Positions 22,326-32,223 of a DNA stretch of 64,000 nucleotides are shown here, one piece after another. Where the stretch lies: assembly GCF_053078305.1 (NCBI RefSeq), contig NZ_CP166879.1. One strand, written 5' to 3'. Numbering within the stretch: position 1 is the first letter of the stretch; each line of letters begins with the position of its first letter. The position numbers and the translations under genes are program-made. The notes beneath the pieces were generated by a model, which saw nothing but the letters and a program-made list of their open reading frames with translations, was not told the DNA's origin and did no database searches.

Positions 22326-22648
22326 AGACCCCAGGAATGACCGGAAAGGAAATCATTTTACGCTACCTGGAAACGCACACACGTTTCAGCGCCCCAGAAC
22401 TGGTAGAAAAACTGGGCGTGAAAAGAACCGTCATTAATCAGGCCGCCGGGAAAATGGTACGGGAAGGCCTGCTGGTTGTGGATGGATACACGGACAAGAT
22501 AACGCATTACCGGAAGCCAACGGAAAAGGAACGACAGGAACTGGCGCAACGGGCTGAACGGCAGCAGGAAAAATCAGTCATCGAAGCCTGCAAGCGCAGC
22601 GAAATCATGAAGCGAATTCTGTTTATCTACGGCGCTGCATTCCGTTAA
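22322..22648 (+). CDS. Putative winged-helix DNA-binding protein
   Basis: 108 aa from MKTPGMTGKEIILRYLETHTRFSAPELVEKLGVKRTVINQAAGKMVREGLLVV; ATGA overlap with preceding ORF. Confidence 0.4.
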   Translation: MKTPGMTGKEIILRYLETHTRFSAPELVEKLGVKRTVINQAAGKMVREGLLVVDGYTDKITHYRKPTEKERQELAQRAERQQEKSVIEACKRSEIMKRILFIYGAAFR

Positions 22649-22656
22649 AGGAGCTG

Positions 22657-22680
22657 GTGAGTCGGGGCAAAAATTCTTTT
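22657..22680. terminator. Bidirectional terminator between convergent genes
   Basis: Hairpin ggggcaaaaattctttttgcccc. Confidence 0.5.
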
Positions 22681-22713
22681 TGCCCCGGCGAAGCAGCAGA
22701 CAAGCGAAGCGCG

Positions 22714-22977
22714 TCAGGAACGCCGCGACAGTAGTTCAAGCGCATACCGGCGATCTTCCGGGCGCATGGCATCAACAAGAAACTTCACCATATTGCGACC
22801 GGAGCGGGCGCCGGGGCTGAGGGTATGGGAAAAGGTCATCGTACAGACGAAGGTGTGCCCGCATTCGACATCACTGCATGCACAGTACAGATCCGCAAGT
22901 TCAGGGGTTTTCCAGTCTGTCTTCCGGATGACAGCAGGTGCGCCACAGTCAGGACACCGGGCTTTAAAAATCCGCAT
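22714..22977 (-). CDS. Ogr/Delta-family zinc-finger late-gene transcription activator
   Basis: From MRIFKARCPDCGAPAV...YCACSDVECGHTF: CPxC...CxxxxxCxxTF pattern of P2 Ogr; GGGAGG RBS 7 nt upstream of ATG. Confidence 0.7.
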   Translation of the reverse strand: MRIFKARCPDCGAPAVIRKTDWKTPELADLYCACSDVECGHTFVCTMTFSHTLSPGARSGRNMVKFLVDAMRPEDRRYALELLSRRS

Positions 22978-23014
22978 CTTACCTCCCGATAACACGTATC
23001 CCGGGGAAGACATT

Positions 23015-24088
23015 TTACCCGACCGGCACCACTTTTTCTTCCGCCACATGCCCGGCTTCCACATCAAAACGAAGATAAAGGTGTTCCGGTATATCGGGAT
23101 CGCTGTTCACGGCGTTCATGATTTTACGCTGAAGCGGTATCACCTCATCCTTGCGGTACGTTTCACGCGTCGTTTCCGGGTTAGGGATGGTGGCCCCGTT
23201 CGTGGGGATGATCCCCGCAAGACCGGCAGGAAAGCGGTGTGCCGTAAACACATCCTGGGCGCTGATCCCCTTGATGTTTGAAAATTCATCCTTGGCGCTC
23301 ACCTCACCAATCGGAATAATTTTCACCCCATCCGGCGAACCTTTGGGGATGTTGATGTACAGATTGCGGAAATTTCCCAGCCCCTTAGACTCCGCCACCT
23401 TCTCGCGGATCTCATCCTCCATCTCCGTGGTGATCCCAGGGTCGTTCGTATACAGCAAAAAGCCCATATGCGCCCCGTTGTTGTAGTAACGGCGACGAAA
23501 AAGGCTGGCCTCGCTGTTCAGCAGCGCCGAGTGAATGCCACCGATATAATCCGGCAGCCCGTAAATTTGCTGACGCGGATCATACATCCGCAGAAAGATA
23601 ATATCTTCCGGCGTATAGACCAGCGCGGGACCTTCCTGAAGCACCACGAACTCACCGGTTTTGCGGCGCCGGAGATACAGCGACGGAAGCGGCTCAAGTG
23701 CCACGACGTCGCCGAATACGTTACGCACCTTGAGCAGGGCGAGATCGCCGAACAACAGGTAGTCAAATACCGCCTGTTCCATCTGGTCCGTTGTGAGGCC
23801 ACCACCGGTATAGCCCCCCGCCACCATGTTACGGCGGGCATACAGCACCCCACCGTGCTGGGCGTTAAGGTTCGGGAGCTGCGCCAGTGCCAGGCGGTTA
23901 ATCGGCAGCTGCCAGTGGTTGTGTTCGTTGTCATACCAGATGTTATGGTAGTCCGTGCCGGTGGTCAGCACCGGTTCCGGCTGACCAAACGTGATTGTGC
24001 TGCCACGTGCGGGCGTGAATGCTTTTTTCGTCACGCGTGACGTTTTGTTTCTGCGTTTCTTGCTCATGCGGCTTTCCCGAAGGCCCAT
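23015..24088 (-). CDS. Portal (capsid vertex) protein, P2 gpQ-like
   Basis: 357 aa; size and position upstream of terminase ATPase on same strand as in P2 Q-P; family assignment by recall. Confidence 0.6.
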   Translation of the reverse strand: MGLRESRMSKKRRNKTSRVTKKAFTPARGSTITFGQPEPVLTTGTDYHNIWYDNEHNHWQLPINRLALAQLPNLNAQHGGVLYARRNMVAGGYTGGGLTTDQMEQAVFDYLLFGDLALLKVRNVFGDVVALEPLPSLYLRRRKTGEFVVLQEGPALVYTPEDIIFLRMYDPRQQIYGLPDYIGGIHSALLNSEASLFRRRYYNNGAHMGFLLYTNDPGITTEMEDEIREKVAESKGLGNFRNLYINIPKGSPDGVKIIPIGEVSAKDEFSNIKGISAQDVFTAHRFPAGLAGIIPTNGATIPNPETTRETYRKDEVIPLQRKIMNAVNSDPDIPEHLYLRFDVEAGHVAEEKVVPVG

Positions 24089-25890
24089 GTGGACGGGCGT
24101 TCATAGTCATAATCTACAGGCTCATTAATCACGGCGTGCGAAATGGCAAAAAACACATCCGCATGCCCCGTAACATCCGACCGTTCCGCCACGAACGTCA
24201 GCGCGTTACCGCTTTTTGTGGTGGTGCGGCGTATGGACATGAACGACGCGGGGATCTCCGTGCGTTCACGGCTGGCCTCATCAATGGCGTCTTTCGCCCA
24301 CTCGATACGCTTATGGGCCACCACGTCTATCATTTTCATCACCAGGCGGTTTTTGCTCTCCACGCTGTAAAGAATGGCGTTAGCCTCACGTGGCGCAAAG
24401 CGACTGACGATATCAAACACCCCTTTCCCGATACCGGTGATATCTATGCCGATATAGGTAATGTTAAAGCGCTGCATCAGTTCGCGGATCTGATCGGCCT
24501 GCCAGGTGAAGTTAAATCCCTGCCACTGCCAGACGGCGAGTACACGGAACCGCTCGCCCTCATGGACAGGCGGAGCCACAATCACAAACGTGGAATTATC
24601 CCCGGACCTTGACGGGTCAAAGCCCGCCCATACCTCACGATTGCCGAACGGACGTGCCGCCGTGGGATCGTAGTCACCCCACGTCTCCATCTCCACCTCG
24701 CACCTGACCAGTTCGGAGAACTTAAATACCGCATCCTTGCTGTCAACAAACTCGCAGCCGTACAGCATCGCATAGGTGGTCGGGTTGTAGCGGTTCCTGA
24801 TACGTTCAATATCAACCCGTGCAGACAGGCCACCCGCCACCGCCTCTTCCAGCCGGATAATGTAGCGCCAGATCCCGTCAGGGCATTCACAGCCCACACG
24901 CATCGCGCTTTCTTTCGGAAACTCAACCGCACGACGCGCCGGGTCATCCCCGCGCCAGTCGTCACCATTCCAGACCAGATAAGCCTGGTGGGTTTTGGCG
25001 CTGGGTGTGGAAAAATACGTCGTGCGGTATTTGTCGTGGGTCGCCATTGCCGAGGCCACTTCATGCAGTCGCGTGAATTTTGGGATCCAGAACACCTCAT
25101 CGCCGTAAAGGTGGCCGTTAAATCCCTGGGCGGTGCTGACATTGGTGGACAGGAAGCGCAGCATTGCACCATTGCTCAGACGGATATGCTTACCCGTGAG
25201 CGTGATCCCAAACTGCAGGGCGAAGTTAATAATATATTCACGAAAGATTTCCGCCTGTACCCGTGACGCAGAAAAGAAAATCTGGTTATCACCGGTCACC
25301 ACCGCATCTTCGAACGCTTCCCATGCAAAATACCAGGTCATGCCGATCTGGCGGCTCTTGAGGATGAAACGGCGCTCACGGTGCCGGTTCTCGCGGCAGT
25401 GCAGCTGGTAGGCATAAAGATTTTTACGCGCCCATTCATCCAGCATTTCAGCAGTCAGTCCGGAAACGTCGTTTTTCCGGTAGCGCCGCTTTTTCCCTTC
25501 TCCCCCGCCGCAGGTCCCCGCAGCCGCGCCGTCCTCATACCCTGCCGGACGCAGGGCGGCAATTTCCGCCATCCTTTCAGCGTGTTTGTTTTTCTGGGCG
25601 ATGATCTTCACGTGCTGCGCGATAAGTTCACGCAGTTCGGCAAGTTCACACTCTGTCTTGCCCTCCCGTCCGGTCAGCACATCAATACGCCGGGCGATCA
25701 CGTCCTCAACGGATTCAGCGGGCAGCAGGGCGGCCCACTGCCCCACATCACACCAGTGGTAAACCGTGCGCGGCGGAATACCGAGTTCCGCCGCAATATC
25801 GCGGGGGTGCCACCGCTTCAGGTAAAGCGATCGCGCCGCCTCTTTGATTTCGTCAGAATATTTAGCCATGCGCCCATTATGGCGGCGCAT
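24064..25890 (-). CDS. Terminase large (ATPase) subunit, P2 gpP-like
   Basis: 608-aa ORF; N-terminal HTH-like segment (RDIAAELGIPPRTVYHWC); divergent from scaffold/capsid genes as in P2; true start may be MAKYSDEIK. Confidence 0.65.
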   Translation of the reverse strand: MRRHNGRMAKYSDEIKEAARSLYLKRWHPRDIAAELGIPPRTVYHWCDVGQWAALLPAESVEDVIARRIDVLTGREGKTECELAELRELIAQHVKIIAQKNKHAERMAEIAALRPAGYEDGAAAGTCGGGEGKKRRYRKNDVSGLTAEMLDEWARKNLYAYQLHCRENRHRERRFILKSRQIGMTWYFAWEAFEDAVVTGDNQIFFSASRVQAEIFREYIINFALQFGITLTGKHIRLSNGAMLRFLSTNVSTAQGFNGHLYGDEVFWIPKFTRLHEVASAMATHDKYRTTYFSTPSAKTHQAYLVWNGDDWRGDDPARRAVEFPKESAMRVGCECPDGIWRYIIRLEEAVAGGLSARVDIERIRNRYNPTTYAMLYGCEFVDSKDAVFKFSELVRCEVEMETWGDYDPTAARPFGNREVWAGFDPSRSGDNSTFVIVAPPVHEGERFRVLAVWQWQGFNFTWQADQIRELMQRFNITYIGIDITGIGKGVFDIVSRFAPREANAILYSVESKNRLVMKMIDVVAHKRIEWAKDAIDEASRERTEIPASFMSIRRTTTKSGNALTFVAERSDVTGHADVFFAISHAVINEPVDYDYERPSTWAFGKAA

Positions 25891-26035
25891 CCGGCCCGCA
25901 TTCAGGCAGAAAATTTCGGCTGTGTTCGGCTATCCCGCGTTATCCGAAGACAGCCGAATTCAGCCAGTAGCCCCCCGCTGTAAAAATCCCGACACTCACC
26001 GGAGTTCTTCAGATTTTCACGTAAAAGAGGCCACG

Positions 26036-27085
26036 ATGCCGCAGCCAACGTTGATGACCGACTGGATATGTATCGCCACATCAGGACCGACCGTTGACGG
26101 CCGCGAAATTGATCCGCAGTGGCTGACTGATGCCGCTGAAACCTATTCCCGCAACACCTACACGGCGATGCTGTGGCCCTGGCATGAGGAAGAAATCGGA
26201 CACCGCCAGTACACCAGTAATCTGGGTGAAGTGGACTCACTGAAAGCGGAAACCGGCGAGGACGGTAAAACCCGCCTCTACGCACGGCTGGTCCCTAACC
26301 AGTACCTGATTGAAGCCAACAGACTGGGGCAGAAGCTGTTCACATCCGCCGAGATAGTGGAGAACTTCGCCCGGAGCGGACGCGACTATCTCCTGGGCGT
26401 GGCGGTGACGGATATCCCCGCCAGTCTGGGGACGGAAAAAATCCGCTTCACCCTGAACAACGAGGAATACACGGCACAGCGGGCGAACTGCCAGACGTTC
26501 ACGCTGGGCAGCCTGTCACCGGACACCTCCCCGCCCCCCCGTAAACCTGAATCATTCCTGAAACGCCTGTTCAGCGCAGGACAGACCGACAACACCGACA
26601 CCAGTAAGCCTGATACAGGCGAGGACGCAAAAATGGACGAAATTAAAGCACTGCTTGAAAAGCTGATCACCCTGGTGGAAGGCGGCAGCGCCGCTGCCGC
26701 TGGCGAGGGCACAGCAGACACACCGGAAGAAGCAAAAGCCGAAGTCGCGGAAATCGCCGCCGAAATCGCCGATGCCGCCGCAGAGGTGGCAGAACTGGCA
26801 GAAGAAGTGGAAGCCGCCCCGGAAGATGAGGTTAAGGCTGAAGCCTTCAGCGCCGCGAAAGCGAAGCTGGAAGACGCGATTAAAGCGTTCAGTGCCATCA
26901 CACCGGAAAAAGGCGAACGTTACCGCCGCTTTGCCGCCCGTCGCCGGGACGACACCGACAAAGAAGAAATCAAAGCTATTGCCGAAAAACTTAACGACCT
27001 GACCACGAAGCTGTCAGCAACCGGCATCACGCCACGACCGGCTGGCACACCGGCAGAAAGCGAAAAACCGTTTGACTTTGTTTAA
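26036..27085 (+). CDS. Capsid scaffolding protein, P2 gpO-like
   Basis: From MPQPTLMTDW with aaagagg RBS; YLLGVAVTDIPASLGTE matches P2 gpO YLVGLAVTDDPASLGTE by recall; Ala/Glu-rich C-terminus; track ORF 25844..27085 is an upstream extension. Confidence 0.7.
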   Translation: MPQPTLMTDWICIATSGPTVDGREIDPQWLTDAAETYSRNTYTAMLWPWHEEEIGHRQYTSNLGEVDSLKAETGEDGKTRLYARLVPNQYLIEANRLGQKLFTSAEIVENFARSGRDYLLGVAVTDIPASLGTEKIRFTLNNEEYTAQRANCQTFTLGSLSPDTSPPPRKPESFLKRLFSAGQTDNTDTSKPDTGEDAKMDEIKALLEKLITLVEGGSAAAAGEGTADTPEEAKAEVAEIAAEIADAAAEVAELAEEVEAAPEDEVKAEAFSAAKAKLEDAIKAFSAITPEKGERYRRFAARRRDDTDKEEIKAIAEKLNDLTTKLSATGITPRPAGTPAESEKPFDFV

Positions 27086-27096
27086 GGACACGCAAC

Positions 27097-28125
27097 ATGC
27101 AACTGAACCAGAAAACCGAATCACTGCTTCGTAAGTACGCTGCCGGACTGGGCGCGGCAAACGGGGTTGACGACGTCACACGCTATTTTGCGCTGTCTGA
27201 CCCGAAGGAGACCGCGCTGCGTGACGCCATCATGCACTCCGACGAGTTTTTATCAAAACTGCCGAACGTGCTGGATGTTGAACAGGTGACAGGCCAGGTG
27301 GTTACCACCGGCGTTCCGGGCCTCCATACCGGACGTAAAAAAAATGCCCGTTTCACCCTTCCGCTGGGTGTTACCGGGAATGAATACAAGCTGGCTGAAA
27401 CCGATTCCGGTGCCCACCTCCTGTACACCACACTGGTCACCTGGGCAAACGCAGGCGGTGAAAACGAGTTCTTTAACCGCATTCAGAATTTTGTTAACAG
27501 ACAGATCGCGCTGGATATCCTGCGCATCGCCTTTAACGGTACCAGCGTGGCCGAAGATACCGACCCGGTAACCAACAAAAACGGCGAGGACGTCAACACC
27601 GGCTGGCATGCCATCGTCAAAGGCCGCAGCGCAAAACAGATCGTGGAGGCTGGCCCGACGCTGGGCAAGGGTGGCGACTTTATCGGGCTGGATGCAGCCG
27701 TGGCAGACCTCGTGCACACCCTCATTGATGAGTCGTATCGCGGTCATCCGGATCTGGTGGTACTGGTTGCGCCCGATCTTGTGGCACAGGACAAGGTGAC
27801 GCTGCTTAACGCCATCGACGCCCCCACGGAAAAAGTGGCCGCGCAGCTTATCGGTCGCCAGATCGCCGGGCTGACAGCATACACCCCGCCGTTCATGCCG
27901 GAAGGACGCCTGATTGTCACCACGCTGGCAAACCTTCACATCTACACGCAGCGCGGCACCCGTCAGCGCCGTGCGGAGTGGAACGACGATCGCAAGCGTT
28001 TTGAAAACAACTATCTGCGCATGGAAGGTTACGCCGTGGAGCACGACGAAATTTACGCGGCCTACGACAAGCTGACCATCAAGGGCGCAGAAGCGGCAGA
28101 AGAGCCCGCATCTGGCGGCGCATAA
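27097..28125 (+). CDS. Major capsid protein, P2 gpN-like
   Basis: 342 aa; GKGGDFIGLDAAVADL and HPDLVVLVAPDLVAQDK resemble P2 gpN segments by recall. Confidence 0.7.
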   Translation: MQLNQKTESLLRKYAAGLGAANGVDDVTRYFALSDPKETALRDAIMHSDEFLSKLPNVLDVEQVTGQVVTTGVPGLHTGRKKNARFTLPLGVTGNEYKLAETDSGAHLLYTTLVTWANAGGENEFFNRIQNFVNRQIALDILRIAFNGTSVAEDTDPVTNKNGEDVNTGWHAIVKGRSAKQIVEAGPTLGKGGDFIGLDAAVADLVHTLIDESYRGHPDLVVLVAPDLVAQDKVTLLNAIDAPTEKVAAQLIGRQIAGLTAYTPPFMPEGRLIVTTLANLHIYTQRGTRQRRAEWNDDRKRFENNYLRMEGYAVEHDEIYAAYDKLTIKGAEAAEEPASGGA

Positions 28126-28142
28126 GCACAGAGGGCGGCGCA

Positions 28143-28841
28143 ATGACACCCTGCCAGCGACACCGGGCGAAAATCCGCACACAGGAGGCACTCGAACGCC
28201 GGGAGGCGCTGACGGCCTCCCCGGTCAGCTTCCACCTGTTACGCGCGGAGCTTGATCGCGATGTGGCACGGCTGCGCAGTCTTCCGGTCCGTGAAGAGCG
28301 GCTGGCGTTCAAGCGCGACATTCTCCTGCCGCGCTGGCTGCCCGTCGCGGAGCGCTATATCGCTGACGGAAAGCGCCACGCCTGCCCGGTACTGGTGTAC
28401 TGCATCATCTGGCTGTTCGACACGGGCGACCTGAGTCGCGCCCTTGACTGGGCAGACATTGCCATCAGTGAAGGCCAGGCCACGCCGGACAACTTCCGCA
28501 GCACCCTGCCCGCCTTCGTGGCAGACACGGTGCTGCAGTGGGCCACCGACAACAGCGAGGCCGGACACAGCATAGAACCGTATTTTTCGCGCACCTTCAG
28601 GAACGTCACCACCTCGTGGCGGCTGCATGAGGAAATCCGCGCGAAGTGGTTCAGATTTGCCGGGCTGTATCTTCTGCGCGACGAGGCGGGCAAACCGAGA
28701 GCCACCGCGATTAATGATACTGCCGTACTGGAAAAGGCAGACGCATACCTGGCACAGGCGGCAGCACTGAGCCGTACCGCTGGCGTAAAAAGTATCAGGG
28801 CGCGCATCAGGGCACGCATCAGCGCCCTTAATGCAGCGTAA
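28143..28841 (+). CDS. Terminase small/endonuclease subunit, P2 gpM-like
   Basis: 232-aa ORF in the P2 M position after capsid gene. Confidence 0.5.
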   Translation: MTPCQRHRAKIRTQEALERREALTASPVSFHLLRAELDRDVARLRSLPVREERLAFKRDILLPRWLPVAERYIADGKRHACPVLVYCIIWLFDTGDLSRALDWADIAISEGQATPDNFRSTLPAFVADTVLQWATDNSEAGHSIEPYFSRTFRNVTTSWRLHEEIRAKWFRFAGLYLLRDEAGKPRATAINDTAVLEKADAYLAQAAALSRTAGVKSIRARIRARISALNAA

Positions 28842-28948
28842 ACGACTACCCGCAGGGCCGGGCGGGCGCGGGAGGAGGCATCAGTGACGGAAACTGTATG
28901 GCCGTGGAATCCCGGACAGCCCGCCTTTTTATTCATATGAGGCACGTC

Positions 28949-29422
28949 ATGAGCGAACCGAGCTTCAGCGTCAGCGGTAAACCGCTGAAATCCACACCGC
29001 AGACGGTGACAAACGGCGAGCCGTTCTGGCCGGACCTTAATCTGGCTGAGCTTCAGGGGTCACGCACGCTTCCGGCTGATTTACCCGACGACACGGCGGC
29101 CATGGCGCTACTTGCCGCAGTGGCCGAGGTAAACACCACGCTGGCGCCGGTTGTGGCGCACTGGAAGGCGCAGGGGCATGAACGCGCCGCAGACGTACCG
29201 GGGGCCAGGCTGGGCGATGAAACCCAGCTGGTCGCACAGTACAAAAAGGCCGTTTATGCCCGTGCCAAGGCCGATCTTATGGGCGAGTTCGCCACCATTG
29301 GTCGCCGTGAAACCTATCCGGGGCAGGAAAGCGAGGACACACGCGCCACCTTACTGGCTGAAGCCTCGCTGGTCATGCGTAACATGCTGGGGCACAGACG
29401 CGCGGGAGTGCACATTATATGA
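28949..29422 (+). CDS. Head completion/stabilisation protein, P2 gpL-like
   Basis: 157 aa from MSEPSFSVSGKPLK; position after M as in P2. Confidence 0.45.
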   Translation: MSEPSFSVSGKPLKSTPQTVTNGEPFWPDLNLAELQGSRTLPADLPDDTAAMALLAAVAEVNTTLAPVVAHWKAQGHERAADVPGARLGDETQLVAQYKKAVYARAKADLMGEFATIGRRETYPGQESEDTRATLLAEASLVMRNMLGHRRAGVHII

Positions 29423-29892
29423 ACCAGCTGGAAAGCCTGACCGCCTTCATTACCGAAAATCTGCCGCCTGACGCCATGCAGTTCTTCATGAGCAGTCAGG
29501 AAGACGCGCAGCTTATCCGCAGTCAGAAGGCGCTGGGTAACGACCAGATCCGCATGGGCGTGATGACGTACACCGGCGTGATTGCATGGGATAACTTCCC
29601 GTTCCGCAAATACTCACCGGGGCTGGTTTACGCGCTGGTCATGGCCTGGCTGGAAGAGCACGCGGACCCGCTGAGGGAGGAATTCCGCCCGGAGGATGTG
29701 AACGTCGACCCGCAGTTTAACGATGAGGACTCGTGCCTTCTCGATATCACGGTGGGACTGGCTGACCCGCTGATCATCCGGGTTCAGGAAGACGGCCCCG
29801 TTCCGTACAGGGGGAAACGCTGGACACTGGTTAACCCTGAAATCTGGACGGCGGAAACCATGGATCTGTTTGTCAGCAGGAGCCGCGAATGA
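29419..29892 (+). CDS. Tail completion protein (P2 gpR-like)
   Basis: 157 aa; overlapping start/stop with neighbours; assignment by position and size. Confidence 0.4.
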   Translation: MNQLESLTAFITENLPPDAMQFFMSSQEDAQLIRSQKALGNDQIRMGVMTYTGVIAWDNFPFRKYSPGLVYALVMAWLEEHADPLREEFRPEDVNVDPQFNDEDSCLLDITVGLADPLIIRVQEDGPVPYRGKRWTLVNPEIWTAETMDLFVSRSRE

Positions 29893-30599
29893 TAAGCGGC
29901 CAGCTGAACCCGCAGCAGCTGGCAGAAGCACAGGCGATGCTTCAGTCGCTGGATCTGCCCCCGAAAAAACGCCGTCGCCTGTTATGGCGTATTGCCCGGC
30001 ACGGCATTATCGCCGCTGCCAGACGCCATCAGCGCGATCAGGCCGCACCGGACGGTACAGCATGGGCACCCCGGAAACGCGGTAAGGGGAAAATGTTCAG
30101 AAAGCTGCCGCGTCTTCTGGCGGTCCGTGAGATGCCCGGACAGGATGCCGTAAAGGTTTATTTCCGTAACGGCAATCACACCAGTGGCAGGAGCCGCATC
30201 AGTGCCGGTGCCGTGGGCTGGGTTCACCACAACGGCGCAGAAATCCGGGTCAGTGCTGACAGCTTCAGCGGTCAGGACCAGAACGGGCAGACCGCCACCC
30301 GCCGACAGGCAAAACGACTGCGGGAGCTGGGCTTTAAGGTACGCCAGAAGGGGCGCTGGCGGAAAGCATCCATGAAATACCTGTTAACGCTTTCGCGGGC
30401 GCAGGCCGGGTTGCTGATCACCATTATGGAAGATCAGATTATCGCCGGACCACGCCAGCAGAAGGCCCGGACATGGACCATTACCCTTCCGTCGCGCGTC
30501 TTTCTGGGGGTAACAAACGAAGAATTTTCACACATCCTGGCACGCCAGATGAACGCAATGGGCTACGGCCTGGACGTTGACGCACAGGATATCAGATAA
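29889..30599 (+). CDS. Phage virion morphogenesis / tail completion protein (P2 gpS / Mu G family-like)
   Basis: 236 aa; position after R-like gene. Confidence 0.4.
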   Translation: MISGQLNPQQLAEAQAMLQSLDLPPKKRRRLLWRIARHGIIAAARRHQRDQAAPDGTAWAPRKRGKGKMFRKLPRLLAVREMPGQDAVKVYFRNGNHTSGRSRISAGAVGWVHHNGAEIRVSADSFSGQDQNGQTATRRQAKRLRELGFKVRQKGRWRKASMKYLLTLSRAQAGLLITIMEDQIIAGPRQQKARTWTITLPSRVFLGVTNEEFSHILARQMNAMGYGLDVDAQDIR

Positions 30600-30610
30600 G
30601 GAGTCACACC

Positions 30611-31756
30611 GTGAGCTGGCCGAATGTAACCGTAAGCCATCAGAACCGTTTCAACGGTGCCACCCGTGAAGTGGAGCGCACGCTGCTTTTTGTGGGCTAT
30701 GGCAAAAAGAACACAGGTAACACCCTTTCCGTCTCCCCTGAGACCGACCTGGACGACGTGCTGGGACCGGATGAAAGCCTGCTTAAATCCACGCTTACCG
30801 CCGCAATCGCCAACGGTGGCCAGAACTGGTTTGCCTATGTTCACGTTCTGTCTGAACCCAAACCCCCGGCACCGGAGGGTGGCGACGCTAACGCCGCATG
30901 GGTGGACGCGGTGAAAAAAGCGCAGACCATTGCTTCTGCCGAGGGCGTGGTGATTGCCATTGACATCACGGCCAAAGATGCCGTTAACCGCGCCACCGAA
31001 ACCCGCGCCCTGCTTCAGTCCGCTTATGGCCGCTTTGTCTGGTTCATGCTGTGCGTGGCCGGACCGGGCAAGGATGAAGCATGGGCGGCATACGTCACCC
31101 GCATCAGTGCCATACAGGACGGCGTGGCAGCACCTGGCGTGATGGTGGTTCCCCGCTTATGGGGAAATGAGCCCGGCGTACTGGCGGGCCGTCTCTGTAA
31201 TCCTTCCGTCACCGTTGCGGACAGTCCGGCACGTGTGGCAACCGGTGCCCTGGTGGCGATGGGTAACGATGAGATCCCGCAGGACGGCAAGAAACAGCCC
31301 CTTGAGCTGGCCACGCTGCGCTCGCTGGAAGGCAAACGCTTCAGCGTGCCCATGTGGTATCACGATTTCGACGGGCTCTACTGGTCAGACGGACGCACCC
31401 TTGATGTGGAGGGGGGCGATTACCAGGTCATCGAAAACGTGCGCGTGGTGGATAAGGTCTCCCGCCGTGTACGTCTGCGCGCCATTGCCCGCCTTGCGGA
31501 TCGCGCACTCAACAGCACACCGGGCAGCATTGCCGCCAGCCAGACATATTTCAGCCGCACGCTGCGTGAAATGGCGCTCGCCACGGAGATTAACGGCGTA
31601 CCGTTCCCCGGCGAGGTTAAACCGCCACAGGACGGGGATATCACCATCGTCTGGACCAGCAGTACACACGTGCAGATTTACATTGTGGTACGCCCCTACG
31701 AGAGCGCAAAAGCCATTGGCGTAAGTATTGAACTCGACACAGCACTGGAGATCTGA
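30611..31756 (+). CDS. Putative tail sheath protein
   Basis: 381 aa, immediately before a ~150-aa tube-sized gene; assignment by size and order only. Confidence 0.35.
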   Translation: MSWPNVTVSHQNRFNGATREVERTLLFVGYGKKNTGNTLSVSPETDLDDVLGPDESLLKSTLTAAIANGGQNWFAYVHVLSEPKPPAPEGGDANAAWVDAVKKAQTIASAEGVVIAIDITAKDAVNRATETRALLQSAYGRFVWFMLCVAGPGKDEAWAAYVTRISAIQDGVAAPGVMVVPRLWGNEPGVLAGRLCNPSVTVADSPARVATGALVAMGNDEIPQDGKKQPLELATLRSLEGKRFSVPMWYHDFDGLYWSDGRTLDVEGGDYQVIENVRVVDKVSRRVRLRAIARLADRALNSTPGSIAASQTYFSRTLREMALATEINGVPFPGEVKPPQDGDITIVWTSSTHVQIYIVVRPYESAKAIGVSIELDTALEI

Positions 31757-31757
31757 C

Positions 31758-32219
31758 ATGGCCGGAAATGAACGTATCAGCGGCGGCGCGTTTGATATCA
31801 ACTACGACGGGATCATGATCCACGTGGAAAGCGCCACCGTCACCATCACCGACAACAGCGCCGTGGCACAGACGCGCGGCGTGCCGAACGGCTACACCCG
31901 TGGTTCTGTTTCTGCCGATGTGGAGGTGGAAGTCGACGCGCAGAACTTTAAAAAGTTTGGTGCCGTGGCCCGCTCTGCGGGGTCGTGGCGTGCCATTCCT
32001 GAAAAGGATTTTCTCTTTTATGCCAACAACGGCAGCGAGGAGGAAAAAATCGAGGTGTTCGGCTGCGTCCCCATGTTGTCGGACGTGGTGAACATCAGCG
32101 CAGGTGAAGCCGGAAAGACCACGAAAAAAATCAAGTTCATGGTCACAAGCCCGGACTTTATCAGCATTGACGGCGTGCCCTACCTGTCAGCCCGTGACAC
32201 CCGCGATCTGAAGGGGTGA
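31758..32219 (+). CDS. Putative tail tube protein
   Basis: 153 aa from MAGNERISGGAFD; position after sheath candidate. Confidence 0.35.
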   Translation: MAGNERISGGAFDINYDGIMIHVESATVTITDNSAVAQTRGVPNGYTRGSVSADVEVEVDAQNFKKFGAVARSAGSWRAIPEKDFLFYANNGSEEEKIEVFGCVPMLSDVVNISAGEAGKTTKKIKFMVTSPDFISIDGVPYLSARDTRDLKG

Positions 32220-32223
32220 TGCC

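Noticed and set aside
25844-26035. Upstream extension of the scaffold gene ORF
   Set aside because: A good RBS and ATG at 26036 match the expected gpO-like N-terminus; the extension overlaps the divergent terminase promoter region.
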